Positions 37,919 to 48,434 of a stretch of DNA of 64,000 bases are shown piece by piece. Source of the DNA: Pedobacter sp. (lineage in GTDB: Bacteria > Bacteroidota > Bacteroidia > Sphingobacteriales > Sphingobacteriaceae); the NCBI RefSeq assembly GCF_965227205.1, contig NZ_OZ245727.1:608863-672862 (forward strand), in the 5' to 3' direction. Under the pieces are notes generated by a model. The model ran no database searches. It worked only from the letters and a program-made list of their open reading frames with translations, and was not told the origin of the DNA. Position numbers and translations under genes: made by a program. Numbering within the stretch: the first letter of the stretch is position 1; every line of letters starts with the position of its first letter.

Positions 37919-40900
37919 TTAAGCTGCAACTTCGCGTAAATCTACTGCAACCACTCTCGAAACGCCTTGCTCAACCATTGTAACGCCGTAAATAATATCG
38001 GTACTGGCAATGGTTCTCTTGTTATGCGATACAATAATAAATTGCGATTGATCAGAAAATTTGCGAATAATGTTATTGAATTTATCGATGTTAGTATCGT
38101 CTAAAGGCGCATCAACCTCATCGAAAATACAGAATGGGGCAGGTTTTAGCAAATAAAGTGAGAAAAGCAGAGCAGTAGCGGTGAGCGTTTTTTCACCACC
38201 TGATAACTGATTAATGGACAAAGGGCGCTTTCCTTTTGGTCGGGCAATAATATCGATATCAGCTTCCAGCGGATTTGCAGTATCCGATAAAATTAAGTCG
38301 CAACTATCTTCATCGTTAAATAACGAACGAAATACAACAATGAAATGTTCCCGTGCTTGCGTAAACGCCTGCATAAACTTCTCTTTTGCAGTATCATCAA
38401 TTTCCTTTATGGTTTGCAAAAGGTCGGTTTTGGCTGCATTTAAGTCCTTTTTCTGGTTTTGAATAAAAGTATAACGTTCATCCATTTCCTTGTAAGCTTC
38501 CATCGCCATAGAGTTTATTGCACCAAACTCGTCTAACTGGCGTTTCATTTTTTCTACCTTCTGGCGAAGCTCAAATTCCGATTCTGTTATTTCAGTTTCA
38601 GTTTCTAAAAGGTCGTTTATATCAATATTAAATTCTACAGCCAAACGCTCTTTTAAAGAGTTTAGATCAATTTTTAAAGAGTTTTTCTTATCCTTTAATT
38701 CCGTTAAAATGAAATCAGTTTCCTCACGATTTTTGCGTAAAGTAGTTAAGTTTGTTTCAACTTCGTTGATGTTTCCCTTGCTTTCAAAATAGTCTTTTTC
38801 AGCTTCTGCCAACCCTTTTTCCATTTCTTCGCGTTGCTGATACATATCCAAAAGCGTATCATCACTCAAATCGGTATGCTGCAGTGTATTGGTGATTTCT
38901 GTTAAGGTTTCCTGTAATTCTTTATCGTTTTTTGCAATACGCTTATTTAAAGCTTCTTCCTGAACAAAGCGATAATCTAAATCTTTTTCTAATCCCGAAA
39001 GTTTATTTTGTTGCTGATGAAAGCGGATATTGTCTTGGTTAAATTTTGTTGCCGATTCATTCACTAAATCAGCAATTTCCTGATAGTTAGTTTGTTGTTC
39101 TTGTAAATTTAAATGTGCTTGCTGTTGATTTTTTTGCAATTCAACAAGCTCAGGCAATTTTTCGGAAAGCGACTTTTCAATTGAAACAATTTTTTGAGCA
39201 ATGTCTGTTTTCCTGTTTTCGCTCGTAGTAATAAACTCCTGGTATTGGTCTCTACGGGTTTGAACAGAAATGTGTTCATTATTCAACCGGTTCATTTCCT
39301 GTTGTAAAACCGCAAGTTGGTTAACCTTCGAAGCTTCCTTTAAACTGAAAATATTATCAGATTCAGCAGAAATGGTTGCGTTGTATTGATTAATAAGTGT
39401 TTCTGAAGACTTGATTTCTTTAGCTAAATTTTCTAAGTTTTTTGCTCTTCCAATTCTTTTACCTTCAAATAAACCAACCGAACCGCCTGATAAGGTAAAT
39501 TTGGTTTGAGCATATTTTCCATTTTTAGCCAGAATTGTTATGCCTTCACTAGCCGCCTGCTTAAAAAGATTTTCTTGTTCAGCTATCGCGATGTAAACAT
39601 TTTGAAGCAAAAGATTACACAGGTTTTTATACTTCTTATCTACTTCTATTACCTCCAATGCAGATATTAATCCCTCATGGTTTGCTATGGTAGCATTTTT
39701 ATCCGCAATATTCTCGAGTATAAAAAAGTTTGCACGACCTCTGCTTGCATCGGTAAGTAAATTTATCGCTTGTACAGCATCTGCATATTGCTCAACCACG
39801 TAATGGTTCATCACCGGTTCAAGGTAATTTTCAATCGCAATGCGATAATCTTCATTACAAAATAAAATATCAGATAGGAGCAGGGCATTTTTTGAAAACG
39901 AATTGTTCTTTTTCAAAAATCGGATAGACTCCGGAAAGCCCTCTAAGCTATCTACAAGCGATTTGGTAAGGTTATATTCGTTTTGTTTCGCGTCTTTTTT
40001 GCGATTTTCGGCGTTTAGCTTTTCTTTATTTGCACTTAAATTGGCTTCAGAATTTGCTAATTTTTCCTTTAAAATTTCTTCCGCTTCTGTAAGGTTTTTT
40101 ATGGTTGACTGCTTTTCTCTAACCTGAATATCAAGTTCCGCCAATGCATGGTCAAAGGCTTTTAGTTCCATGCTTTTGGTTTCAGTATCATCAACATTTC
40201 TGTTGGTTTCTTGTACCAAAGCATCTTTCTGAATGTTTAAAATGTCGATTTCTTTTTGAGCTGCATAAACCTGGTTTTGCAATTCGTTAACAGATTTCAC
40301 CAAATTATCCGACCTGTTTTTCTCAGTCTGTTGCTGTTCTCTGAGTGTATCAAGCGAAGTTTTTAAAGTTTTCAAATCTGCTTCAACTCTGTTAAAAACT
40401 TCAGTTTCAGTTAAAACTTCTTCATTAAGTCGCTTAATGTTGTATTTTATATGATTAACTTGGTTTTTATCTTTTTCAAATTCGGTAGATAAACGAGTTT
40501 CCTTTTCCTGTAAAAAACGCATTTGCTCGTTTTTAACTTTCTTTTCGCTCTCGTAAGCACGAATTTTTGAGACCAGTTCGTTTGTAGCTTTTTGCTGTAC
40601 AGATAGGTTTTTTTCCTGATTAATGCTTTCCAGCTTAAGCTTCTGCAAGCCAGCTTCACCTAAATCTATTTGGGTGCTTAATTCCGTTCGGTTAACCTGT
40701 TGGTTTTGCTCCTGAGTTTCCAGCGCAATTAAATCGGTACGGAAAAAGGAAATTCTATGTGAAGCAAGTTGCACACTTAATTCGCGATATTGCTCCTTTA
40801 ATTTATAATATCGCTCTGCTTTTTTAGCTTGATTTTCAAGCGTTTTAAGGTTTTTCTCAATCTCGAAAAGTAAATCTTCAACACGTTCTAAATCGGCCTC

Positions 40901-41452
40901 AGTATCCTTTAGTTTATTAAAGGTTTGTTTTTTTCTGAGTTTGTATTTAGAAATCCCCGAAGCTTCTTCGAATAATGAACGGCGTGAATTTTCTTTATTA
41001 GAGATAATTTCATCAACCATTTTCAGTTCAATAATCGAATAACTGTCAGAACCAATACCTGTATCCAGAAATAAATCGGTAATGTCTTTTAATCGGCATT
41101 GCACATCATTCAAGCGATATTCACTATCGCCATTGCGGTACAATTTCCTGGTTATGGTAACGGATGAATAAGCAGTTGGAAGTACATTTTTGGTGTTATC
41201 AAAACTGAGCGAAACCTCAGCGAGTTGTGCCTGTTTTCTGTTTTTTGTTCCGTTAAAAATGATGTTTTCCATTTTTTCAGAACGAAGGGCTCGTGTACTT
41301 TGCTCGCCCAAAACCCATCGCATGGCATCGATAACATTAGATTTTCCGCAACCATTCGGACCAACAATAGCAGTTACGCCTTCATTAAAATTGATGGTTA
41401 CTTTATCGCCGAAGCTTTTAAAACCTTTAATTTCTAACTTAGTAAGTTGCAT
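37919..41452 (-). CDS. smc: Chromosome segregation protein SMC
   Basis: GFKSF, GPNGCGKSN Walker A, coiled coils, hinge GRANF/GGSVG, LSGGEK, FDEVDAPLD. Confidence 0.98.
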   Translation of the reverse strand: MQLTKLEIKGFKSFGDKVTINFNEGVTAIVGPNGCGKSNVIDAMRWVLGEQSTRALRSEKMENIIFNGTKNRKQAQLAEVSLSFDNTKNVLPTAYSSVTITRKLYRNGDSEYRLNDVQCRLKDITDLFLDTGIGSDSYSIIELKMVDEIISNKENSRRSLFEEASGISKYKLRKKQTFNKLKDTEADLERVEDLLFEIEKNLKTLENQAKKAERYYKLKEQYRELSVQLASHRISFFRTDLIALETQEQNQQVNRTELSTQIDLGEAGLQKLKLESINQEKNLSVQQKATNELVSKIRAYESEKKVKNEQMRFLQEKETRLSTEFEKDKNQVNHIKYNIKRLNEEVLTETEVFNRVEADLKTLKTSLDTLREQQQTEKNRSDNLVKSVNELQNQVYAAQKEIDILNIQKDALVQETNRNVDDTETKSMELKAFDHALAELDIQVREKQSTIKNLTEAEEILKEKLANSEANLSANKEKLNAENRKKDAKQNEYNLTKSLVDSLEGFPESIRFLKKNNSFSKNALLLSDILFCNEDYRIAIENYLEPVMNHYVVEQYADAVQAINLLTDASRGRANFFILENIADKNATIANHEGLISALEVIEVDKKYKNLCNLLLQNVYIAIAEQENLFKQAASEGITILAKNGKYAQTKFTLSGGSVGLFEGKRIGRAKNLENLAKEIKSSETLINQYNATISAESDNIFSLKEASKVNQLAVLQQEMNRLNNEHISVQTRRDQYQEFITTSENRKTDIAQKIVSIEKSLSEKLPELVELQKNQQQAHLNLQEQQTNYQEIADLVNESATKFNQDNIRFHQQQNKLSGLEKDLDYRFVQEEALNKRIAKNDKELQETLTEITNTLQHTDLSDDTLLDMYQQREEMEKGLAEAEKDYFESKGNINEVETNLTTLRKNREETDFILTELKDKKNSLKIDLNSLKERLAVEFNIDINDLLETETEITESEFELRQKVEKMKRQLDEFGAINSMAMEAYKEMDERYTFIQNQKKDLNAAKTDLLQTIKEIDDTAKEKFMQAFTQAREHFIVVFRSLFNDEDSCDLILSDTANPLEADIDIIARPKGKRPLSINQLSGGEKTLTATALLFSLYLLKPAPFCIFDEVDAPLDDTNIDKFNNIIRKFSDQSQFIIVSHNKRTIASTDIIYGVTMVEQGVSRVVAVDLREVAA

Positions 41453-41654
41453 GGTTTGAATCCGGGGAAGCGGATTTCAATATTAAGGATAATTTCGGGG
41501 TTTTTCAAACGTAAGTTGATTGTTTAACCACAAAGAACGCAAAGGTGTTTTGCCAGAGAGCGCTCAGAGATTCTTACAGAGAACATAAAGCTAAGTGTGT
41601 AAAAGAATAGCCACGGAAACACTGAAGGCATGGAAGTGTTTATGTATAATGAGG

Positions 41655-42345
41655 AAAAACCTCACCCTGTGATGTAAGAAGTTAGGCTACTTTTTTAGCG
41701 GCCCTCTCCTTGAAGAGAGGGTTTTAAGGGAGGGGGGTAAAATCCTAGCATTCCGCCGTAAACCACCAACCATTGTTTCCCTCTCTTCCAGGAGAGGGAT
41801 TGTAGTGAAGAACGACGAGCAGAACCTTTAACAGGGAGAGGTTTTAAAAGCTCCGTGTAAATCCGTGGCAAAAAAGGTTAATGAGCTGCATGTTAAAGAA
41901 AACCTCATCCAGTGAACGTAAGAAGTTAGGCAAGTTTTGTAGCTGCCCTCTCCTTGAAGAGAGGGTTTTACGGAAGCGGTAAAACCTAGCATTTGCCACA
42001 AACTTTTATTTCCCTCTCTTCAAAGAGAGGAATTGCAGTTAAGAACTAGGCGTAGAAACTTTAACAGGGAGAGGTTTTAAAAAATCCGTGTTTCCGTGGC
42101 AAAAAAAGGTTAATGGGTTGCATGCTAAATAAAAAACCTCACCCAATGAACGTAAGAAGTTAGGCAAGTTTTGTAGTTGCCCTCTCCTTGAAGAGAGGGT
42201 TTTAAGGGAGGTGGTAAAATCCTAGCATTCCGCCGTAAACCACAAACCTTTGTTTTCCCTCTCTTCAAGGAGAGGGATTGCAGTTAAGAACGAGGAGTAG
42301 AAACTTTAAAAGGGAGAGGATTTAAAATTCCGTGCTTCCATGGCA
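41655..42345. repeat. Three tandem approx. 240-bp palindromic units (CCTCACCC/CCCTCTC-type REP doublets)
   Basis: Units start at about 41656, 41899, 42133; each has AAAACCTCACCC...GGGAGAGGTTTT ends and two CCCTCTC(C/T)TT(G/C)AAG(A/G)GAGGG hairpins. Confidence 0.9.
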
Positions 42346-42393
42346 AAAAAATAACTTAAATAAAATCTGTAAATCTGTGGCTAAAACAACCAA

Positions 42394-44697
42394 CTATTTA
42401 ACAATCATCAGCTTTGCAAACTTCAGCAACAACTGCTTATTACCCAATCCCTGAAAAAATACCGTTGCTTTTACATCAGGCAAAGTTCCTTCCAAGCTTA
42501 TAATTTTTCCGAATCCAAATTTTTCGTGTTCTACTTCCATTCCGTTTTGAAATTCGTGTGGTTGTGATGGTGCAAAACCTGGTGTTGGAACGTGTGCTTT
42601 TGCCAATAATGAAGTTGTTTTCGGACGAACTGGTGGAGCAGATGTTGTTGCGCTTGCGGGTTTTGGTTTACTGAAAAAATCTCTCGGTTGTGATGTCCAA
42701 CTTTTACGCTCATCATCAAAATTACCATCTAAGAAACCACTTTTCGCCGCCGGTTTAACATCTAATTCTAAAAATTTAGGATTAATTTCGTTAATAAAAC
42801 GGCTTGGTTCGCAATTGGTTAAAGTTCCCCAACGGTAGCGAGAAGTAGAATAAGTTATGGTTAGTTTTTTTTCAGCCCTTGTTATAGCAACATAAAATAA
42901 CCTGCGCTCTTCTTCCAAATCAGAACGAGAATTAACCGACATTTGTGAAGGGAAAAGATTCTCTTCTAAACCAACAATAAAAACATTTTTAAACTCCAAG
43001 CCTTTGGCAGAGTGTATCGTCATTAAAGAAACCGTATCCTTGTTTTTATCGCCGTCTTTATCATCATTGGTTAAAAGTGCAACGTCTTGCATAAAAATAT
43101 CCAGACCTCTTTCCTCAATATCTTCACGCTCTGCAAACTCTTTTATACCATTTAATAACTCCTGAATGTTTTCATATCTGCTTCTGCCTTCAACACTATC
43201 ATCACTATATAATTCCTTTAAAATTCCGGCGTGTTGCGCAATAAATAAAGCAGTTTCGTAAGCATCGAGTTTTTTAGCCTCAGCGGCGAAACTCTGAATC
43301 ATCATCGAAAAATCGTTCAACTGGTTGGCTAAACGTCCATCAACATACATATGAGCGTTCGAAATTACATCCCACATGGTTTTATCATGTTGGTCTGCAG
43401 CTACGATTATTTTATCAATCGAGGTATCACCAATGCCACGTTTAGGATAATTGATAACCCTTTTTACCGCTTCCTCATCATTTGGATTAAAGGTTAATCT
43501 GAAATACGCAATTAAATCCTTAATCTCTTTCCGTTGATAGAAAGACAAGCCACCATAAATTTTATAAGGAACATTCAGCTTTCTTAAAGATTCCTCCATT
43601 GCTCTACTCTGCGCATTGGTGCGGTACAAAATGGCGAAATCCTGGTAATCGTAACCTTTTAAACTGCGTTCCTGTACAATAGATTCTGCAACCAGTTTCC
43701 CTTCCTCATTATCAGTAAAAGCTCTCGAAACCTTAATTCTGTCGCCAGCTTCATTATCAGAGAAAACATTTTTTTCTAACTGGTTTTTATTATTCGCAAT
43801 AATACTACTTGCAGCATCAACAATATTTTGGGTTGAGCGATAATTCTGTTCAAGTTTGTAAACCTTTAAATCAGGGTAATCGCGTTCAAAATTTAAAATG
43901 TTCTGAATATTTGCACCGCGAAACGCATAAATACTTTGCGCATCATCACCTACAACGCAAATATTTTGGTAAGCTGCGGCAAGCTTTTTAACAATAGTAT
44001 ATTGAGAAAAGTTAGTATCCTGGTACTCATCAACCATTAAATACCTAAACTTTTGCTGATATTTATTTAAAACATCTGGATGTTCTTTTAGCAAAATATT
44101 GGTTTTGAAAAGCAAATCATCAAAGTCCATAGCGCCGGCTCTGAAACAACGCTTTGCATAAGTTTCATAAATCTGCCCAATTAATGGTCTTTTGTTCTGG
44201 TTATCTTCTGCCTGTATCTGCTCGTTTGAATTATATTCTGCCGGAGAAATTAAATTATTCTTTGCAGAAGAAATTCTATTGAAAACAAAATTAGCTGCAT
44301 AAAGCTTATCATCAAGCTGCATTTCTTTTAAAATACTGCGAATTACACTTTTGCTATCATCCGTATCGTAAATCGTAAAATTACTTGGATAACCAATTTT
44401 TTCAGCTTCAACGCGTAAAATCTTTGCAAAAACAGAGTGGAAAGTGCCCATCCAAATGTTTTTAGCCTCTGCACCAACAACCTTACTAATACGCTCACGC
44501 ATATCTTTACTGGCTTTGTTGGTAAAGGTTAAAACCAAAATATTAAACGCATCTGTTCCACTTTGTATAAGGTGTGCAACCCGATAGGTAATTACTCTCG
44601 TTTTTCCTGAACCCGCACCTGCAACAATCATTACCGGTCCTTTCGTGTTCTCTACTGCTGCTCTTTGCTGTGGGTTTAATCCTTCTAAATAATCCAA
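42394..44697 (-). CDS. pcrA: UvrD/PcrA-family ATP-dependent DNA helicase
   Basis: AGAGSGKT, DEYQDTN, VGDDAQSIYAFRGA, LEQNYRS, TIHSAKGLEF, EERRLFYVAITRA, C-terminal Tudor-like domain; TTG start at 44697. Confidence 0.95.
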   Translation of the reverse strand: MDYLEGLNPQQRAAVENTKGPVMIVAGAGSGKTRVITYRVAHLIQSGTDAFNILVLTFTNKASKDMRERISKVVGAEAKNIWMGTFHSVFAKILRVEAEKIGYPSNFTIYDTDDSKSVIRSILKEMQLDDKLYAANFVFNRISSAKNNLISPAEYNSNEQIQAEDNQNKRPLIGQIYETYAKRCFRAGAMDFDDLLFKTNILLKEHPDVLNKYQQKFRYLMVDEYQDTNFSQYTIVKKLAAAYQNICVVGDDAQSIYAFRGANIQNILNFERDYPDLKVYKLEQNYRSTQNIVDAASSIIANNKNQLEKNVFSDNEAGDRIKVSRAFTDNEEGKLVAESIVQERSLKGYDYQDFAILYRTNAQSRAMEESLRKLNVPYKIYGGLSFYQRKEIKDLIAYFRLTFNPNDEEAVKRVINYPKRGIGDTSIDKIIVAADQHDKTMWDVISNAHMYVDGRLANQLNDFSMMIQSFAAEAKKLDAYETALFIAQHAGILKELYSDDSVEGRSRYENIQELLNGIKEFAEREDIEERGLDIFMQDVALLTNDDKDGDKNKDTVSLMTIHSAKGLEFKNVFIVGLEENLFPSQMSVNSRSDLEEERRLFYVAITRAEKKLTITYSTSRYRWGTLTNCEPSRFINEINPKFLELDVKPAAKSGFLDGNFDDERKSWTSQPRDFFSKPKPASATTSAPPVRPKTTSLLAKAHVPTPGFAPSQPHEFQNGMEVEHEKFGFGKIISLEGTLPDVKATVFFQGLGNKQLLLKFAKLMIVK

Positions 44698-44780
44698 ATT
44701 GGCTCCTGTTTTTACAAGCTTCAAAAATAATAAATCCAATGCGCTTTAAACAAAATGTTGAGAAATAGCAGCCAAAATTT

Positions 44781-44882
44781 TTTGAAAAGCAAAACCTACG
44801 TATCAAACAAGGTTAGCCCTTTGCTTTGCTCATACGCCTTCAGGCCTTAAGCTCAGGCCGGTATCCGCTTCGCCAAGGTTTA
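44781..44882 (-). repeat. Divergent family B element
   Basis: TTTGAAAAGC...AGCCCTTTG...CCAAGGTTTA termini. Confidence 0.5.
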
Positions 44883-45001
44883 ATAAATTAAGCTTGTACA
44901 ACTATTTATGGTTTAAAAGCCAGTGTGTTATAACTTTTAACGATAACTGATAAATCAATAATAATGACAGATTCTTAATTAAAAGAAATTCATCGCCTTA
45001 T

Positions 45002-45349
45002 TTATCTATTCTTTAATCCCCACTCAACCATCGAGTCAAGCACTTGTGAAAGTTCTTTTCCAGATGTGCTTAAAATATATGTAACCACCGGAGGTACAAC
45101 AGGTTTTGCCTCTCTTATTACCAAATTATCTTCCTGCATTTGCTTTAAATGCTGTATTAACATTTTTTCTGTAATCTCCGGAATCGCTCTTTTAAGTTCA
45201 CTGTAGCGTTTTGGTCCGCTCATTAAGTGGTAAATAATTATTGGTTTCCAATATCCACCAATCTTACTCATAACAAAAGTTACAGGGCAGCCACTTAAAG
45301 CTACTCCTTTATTATAATTACGTGTAGAACTTTCTTTAACGGCCGTCAT
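45002..45349 (-). CDS. HxlR-family winged-helix transcriptional regulator
   Basis: CPV...IGGYWKPII, KRYSELKRAIPEITEKMLIQHLKQM. Confidence 0.93.
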   Translation of the reverse strand: MTAVKESSTRNYNKGVALSGCPVTFVMSKIGGYWKPIIIYHLMSGPKRYSELKRAIPEITEKMLIQHLKQMQEDNLVIREAKPVVPPVVTYILSTSGKELSQVLDSMVEWGLKNR

Positions 45350-45356
45350 AGATACA

Positions 45357-45404
45357 TACTTTAGGATAAGTACTTGTATAAAAGTAAGTACAAATATAAC
45401 TTTG
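45357..45404. promoter_or_regulatory. Two TACTT-N6-AAGTA palindromes plus -7 element TAACTTTG
   Basis: Palindromes at 45357-45372 and 45371-45386; TAnnTTTG at 45397-45404; between divergent regulator and oxidoreductase. Confidence 0.65.
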
Positions 45405-45430
45405 TATCTATATAAAAAAGAATAAAAATT

Positions 45431-46315
45431 ATGAAAATAACACTTATAGGTTCTTTAGGGAACATTACAAAACCTTTAGCAAAAATCTTGATTGAAAAAG
45501 GACATCAGATTACAGTAATAAGTAGTAATAATGCAAGGGAAGAGGAGATAAAAGCACTTGGCGCAAAACCAGCGATAGGGAAATTGGAGGATACCGAATT
45601 TTTAACTTCAGCATTTACAGGTGCTGATGCAGTTTACACAATGGTTCCGCCAGATTTTTCAGCATCAAATTTTAGATCATACATTGCATCAACAGGTAAA
45701 AGTATTGCCGAAGCAATTAAAAAATCTCAGGTTAAAAAAGTTGTAAACTTAAGTAGCATTGGTGCCGATTTACGTAACGGAACCGGACCTATAGCAGGTT
45801 TATACGATGTTGAGCATACTTTTGAACAGCTTGATGCTGATGTAAAACACTTAAGGGCGGCATATTTTTACATCAACTTTTTAGCGAATATTGATATGAT
45901 AAAGCATGTTGGTATTTTAGGTTCAAACTTTAGTGCAGAAACGAAAATGGTTTTAGTTCATCCTATAGATATTGCTGCTGCAGCTGCTGATGAACTGGAA
46001 AGTGATTTTTCTGGTAAATCTGTTAGGTATGTAGCCAGTAGCGATAATCAGGTTGCTGGTGATGTAGCCAAATACATCGGCGAAGCCATAAATAACCCAA
46101 GCTTACCATGGATAGAATTTACAGATGAACAAGCGTTGCAGGGAATGATAGATGCAGGTTTGCCTGAAGAAATTGCGAAAAATTATGTTGAAATGGGAAC
46201 GGCCATGAGAAGCGGAAAAATTTTCGAAGATTATTTCAAGAATAAACCATCAGTTTTAGGTAATGTTAAATTGGTAGATTTTGCAAAAGATTTTGCGTTA
46301 GCATATAATAACTAA
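45431..46315 (+). CDS. NmrA-like NAD(P)H-binding oxidoreductase
   Basis: N-terminal GSLGNI Rossmann motif, GADAVY, LSSIGA. Confidence 0.9.
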   Translation: MKITLIGSLGNITKPLAKILIEKGHQITVISSNNAREEEIKALGAKPAIGKLEDTEFLTSAFTGADAVYTMVPPDFSASNFRSYIASTGKSIAEAIKKSQVKKVVNLSSIGADLRNGTGPIAGLYDVEHTFEQLDADVKHLRAAYFYINFLANIDMIKHVGILGSNFSAETKMVLVHPIDIAAAAADELESDFSGKSVRYVASSDNQVAGDVAKYIGEAINNPSLPWIEFTDEQALQGMIDAGLPEEIAKNYVEMGTAMRSGKIFEDYFKNKPSVLGNVKLVDFAKDFALAYNN

Positions 46316-46458
46316 GTAATTGAAAGCTGTTTTGTATGGCTTAACCATTCAAAACAGCTTGTTGGTGTATTTTAATGAAAATTCTACAGTAATTGGTTCG
46401 CTTTTATGCCAAAATAACAGGACATCTATTTGGGAATAGATTTTGATATATTACTGCT

Positions 46459-46782
46459 ATGGAAGATAAAAAAATAAATAAAAACATAGAATTTACCGAT
46501 ATTCCAGAAGGCACAAGTACAGATATTTACGCTAATTTAAAAGAGAAATTAGAAAGCGTTCAGCAGTTTCCTGGTGTATATTGTTTTAAATTCATCCTCA
46601 CAGGTGGTTTAGATAAAGTAGATGATTTACGCAAGATTTTGCCAGATGAGGAGTTTATAGAACAAGCTTCTAAAACTGGCAAATATGTATCCATAACAAT
46701 CAATAAAAAGGTGGAAAACGCTGATGAGGTGATTGCAATTTATAAACAGACCGCAGAAATAAAAGGAATAATGACACTATAA
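46459..46782 (+). CDS. DUF493 (YbeD-like) family protein
   Basis: FPGVYCFKFI and SKTGKYVSITI. Confidence 0.85.
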   Translation: MEDKKINKNIEFTDIPEGTSTDIYANLKEKLESVQQFPGVYCFKFILTGGLDKVDDLRKILPDEEFIEQASKTGKYVSITINKKVENADEVIAIYKQTAEIKGIMTL

Positions 46783-46803
46783 TAGTTTAAAAAATCAATA
46801 TTT

Positions 46804-47775
46804 CTACCTCGAAACAATGAATTTTTTAACAGAATTATATTGCCCTGAATCTGATGAAATTTTAAAGAAATAAATGCCAGGCGTAAAGGTTGTGGTATTT
46901 ATTTCTAATGTATGTTTGCCTGTATTAAAGTATTCATTAACTACCGTTTTTGCTAATCTGCCCATGATATCATAAATCTGCACATTTATCTTATCAGGTT
47001 CTGGTAAAACAATATCAATAAAAGTTTGGGTAGAAGCAGGGTTTGGGTAGTTCTGCGTAACTACAAACTTTAAAAACCTATCAAAAATAGCTTTGTTAAT
47101 TGCATCAAAAATTACAAAGCTTATTAATCTGTAGCCTCTTGCATTTGGGTGAAAAGGATCCTGGTAAAGCGAAAAATCTCTTCTCATCGCAGCATTAACA
47201 TCCGCAAGGTATATTTTGTACTCTGCCGCAAGTCTTCTGTAAGCAGCATTAATATTTCTAATATTTGTATTAATTGGTATATATTCTCTTGTGGTGCGGT
47301 CATCAACAAATTGCAGCGTACAGATAATTGGTACTAGTCTTTGCTTTAGGCTGGTTGTTATCAGCAATCGCATATTTTCTGTGGTTTCTGCAACACTACC
47401 AACACCACGAGTCATTGCAATTGCATCATTTATGCCCATGTTTAGTACGATAAAGCCTGTTCTGTTTGCAATGGCATTATCAATCCTCAATAAACCTTGC
47501 CTGGTGGTTTGCCCGCCAATACCATGGTTGGTAATGTTTATCGTTTTTCCTGTATAACAATTAGCAAAGTTAGATTCGAGTAAAGATTGAAATCCTAAAC
47601 CTCTAACGCCTTCAACGGTACTGGCTCCAAAGGTTACGATATTAATACTGTCTTTAGAATAGTATTGGGCTGCCTCCGGGCAACTTACACCAACATTAGT
47701 TTGTGCAGAAACACAAACGGGGGTAAAAAAAGAAAATAGAAGCAAAGCATAAGTTATAATTGCGCCTAATTTCAT
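46804..47775 (-). CDS. SGNH/GDSL hydrolase with T9SS type-A C-terminal sorting domain
   Basis: FGAST, GIGG, GIND, DPFH blocks; QNYPNP...IYDIMGR...GIYF...KKFIV C-terminal domain. Confidence 0.88.
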   Translation of the reverse strand: MKLGAIITYALLLFSFFTPVCVSAQTNVGVSCPEAAQYYSKDSINIVTFGASTVEGVRGLGFQSLLESNFANCYTGKTINITNHGIGGQTTRQGLLRIDNAIANRTGFIVLNMGINDAIAMTRGVGSVAETTENMRLLITTSLKQRLVPIICTLQFVDDRTTREYIPINTNIRNINAAYRRLAAEYKIYLADVNAAMRRDFSLYQDPFHPNARGYRLISFVIFDAINKAIFDRFLKFVVTQNYPNPASTQTFIDIVLPEPDKINVQIYDIMGRLAKTVVNEYFNTGKHTLEINTTTFTPGIYFFKISSDSGQYNSVKKFIVSR

Positions 47776-47847
47776 TGATAATATTCTGTGGAGATTTTAA
47801 TAAAATTTTATGAGGCGCAATCTACCAAAAAGCTAAGAAATATTCTA

Positions 47848-48150
47848 TTAGTATTTCATATTTGACTTTTCGGTTTCAATTGGGAAGCAATTATTTAGCA
47901 CAACCCACTTTTGTCGTTCCTGATTTTTGTAAGAAATTGTGTCTACAACATTAACGGTGTATACCTTTCCTTTGTTTTGAACAAGAAACCAGTTGAAACC
48001 ATTTTTACTAAACTTATCAAGTAAATTGCCACTGATTACAGTGTATTCTTTTTGTTTTTGCTTTCCGTAACTTCCTGATTGATAGGTTATTTGTGCGGAA
48101 GCTAACTTCGAAATAAATAAAATTGAGAAAAATAAGAAAATCTTTTTCAT
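47848..48150 (-). CDS. Hypothetical secreted protein
   Basis: 100-aa ORF with signal peptide. Confidence 0.55.
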   Translation of the reverse strand: MKKIFLFFSILFISKLASAQITYQSGSYGKQKQKEYTVISGNLLDKFSKNGFNWFLVQNKGKVYTVNVVDTISYKNQERQKWVVLNNCFPIETEKSNMKY

Positions 48151-48434
48151 AGCAAAAAAATATCAAATCCAGGCTTATTTTATTAAGCAGTTTAATTTTA
48201 ATTGGTTAATAAAATGTTTTTCGGGACGATGTTTTGTACTACTAAAATTGTTACAAATAATTGCAGCCATAGGGTAACCACAATTGGTTACAAAAGTAAT
48301 TTAATCAAGCAAAATGTGGAATATTTTGTATCTTTTAGTTTACAAACCTTTTGATATTTGTCAAATTTTGAATTGAAACAAGCTACTATTACTTATGTTG
48401 CATAAATCCTATATTTGTCGAAATTCATTTTGTT

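Noticed and set aside
41655-42345. Possible CRISPR array
   Set aside because: Units are about 240 bp with conserved interiors, not 25-45-bp repeats with unique spacers; no cas genes in the window
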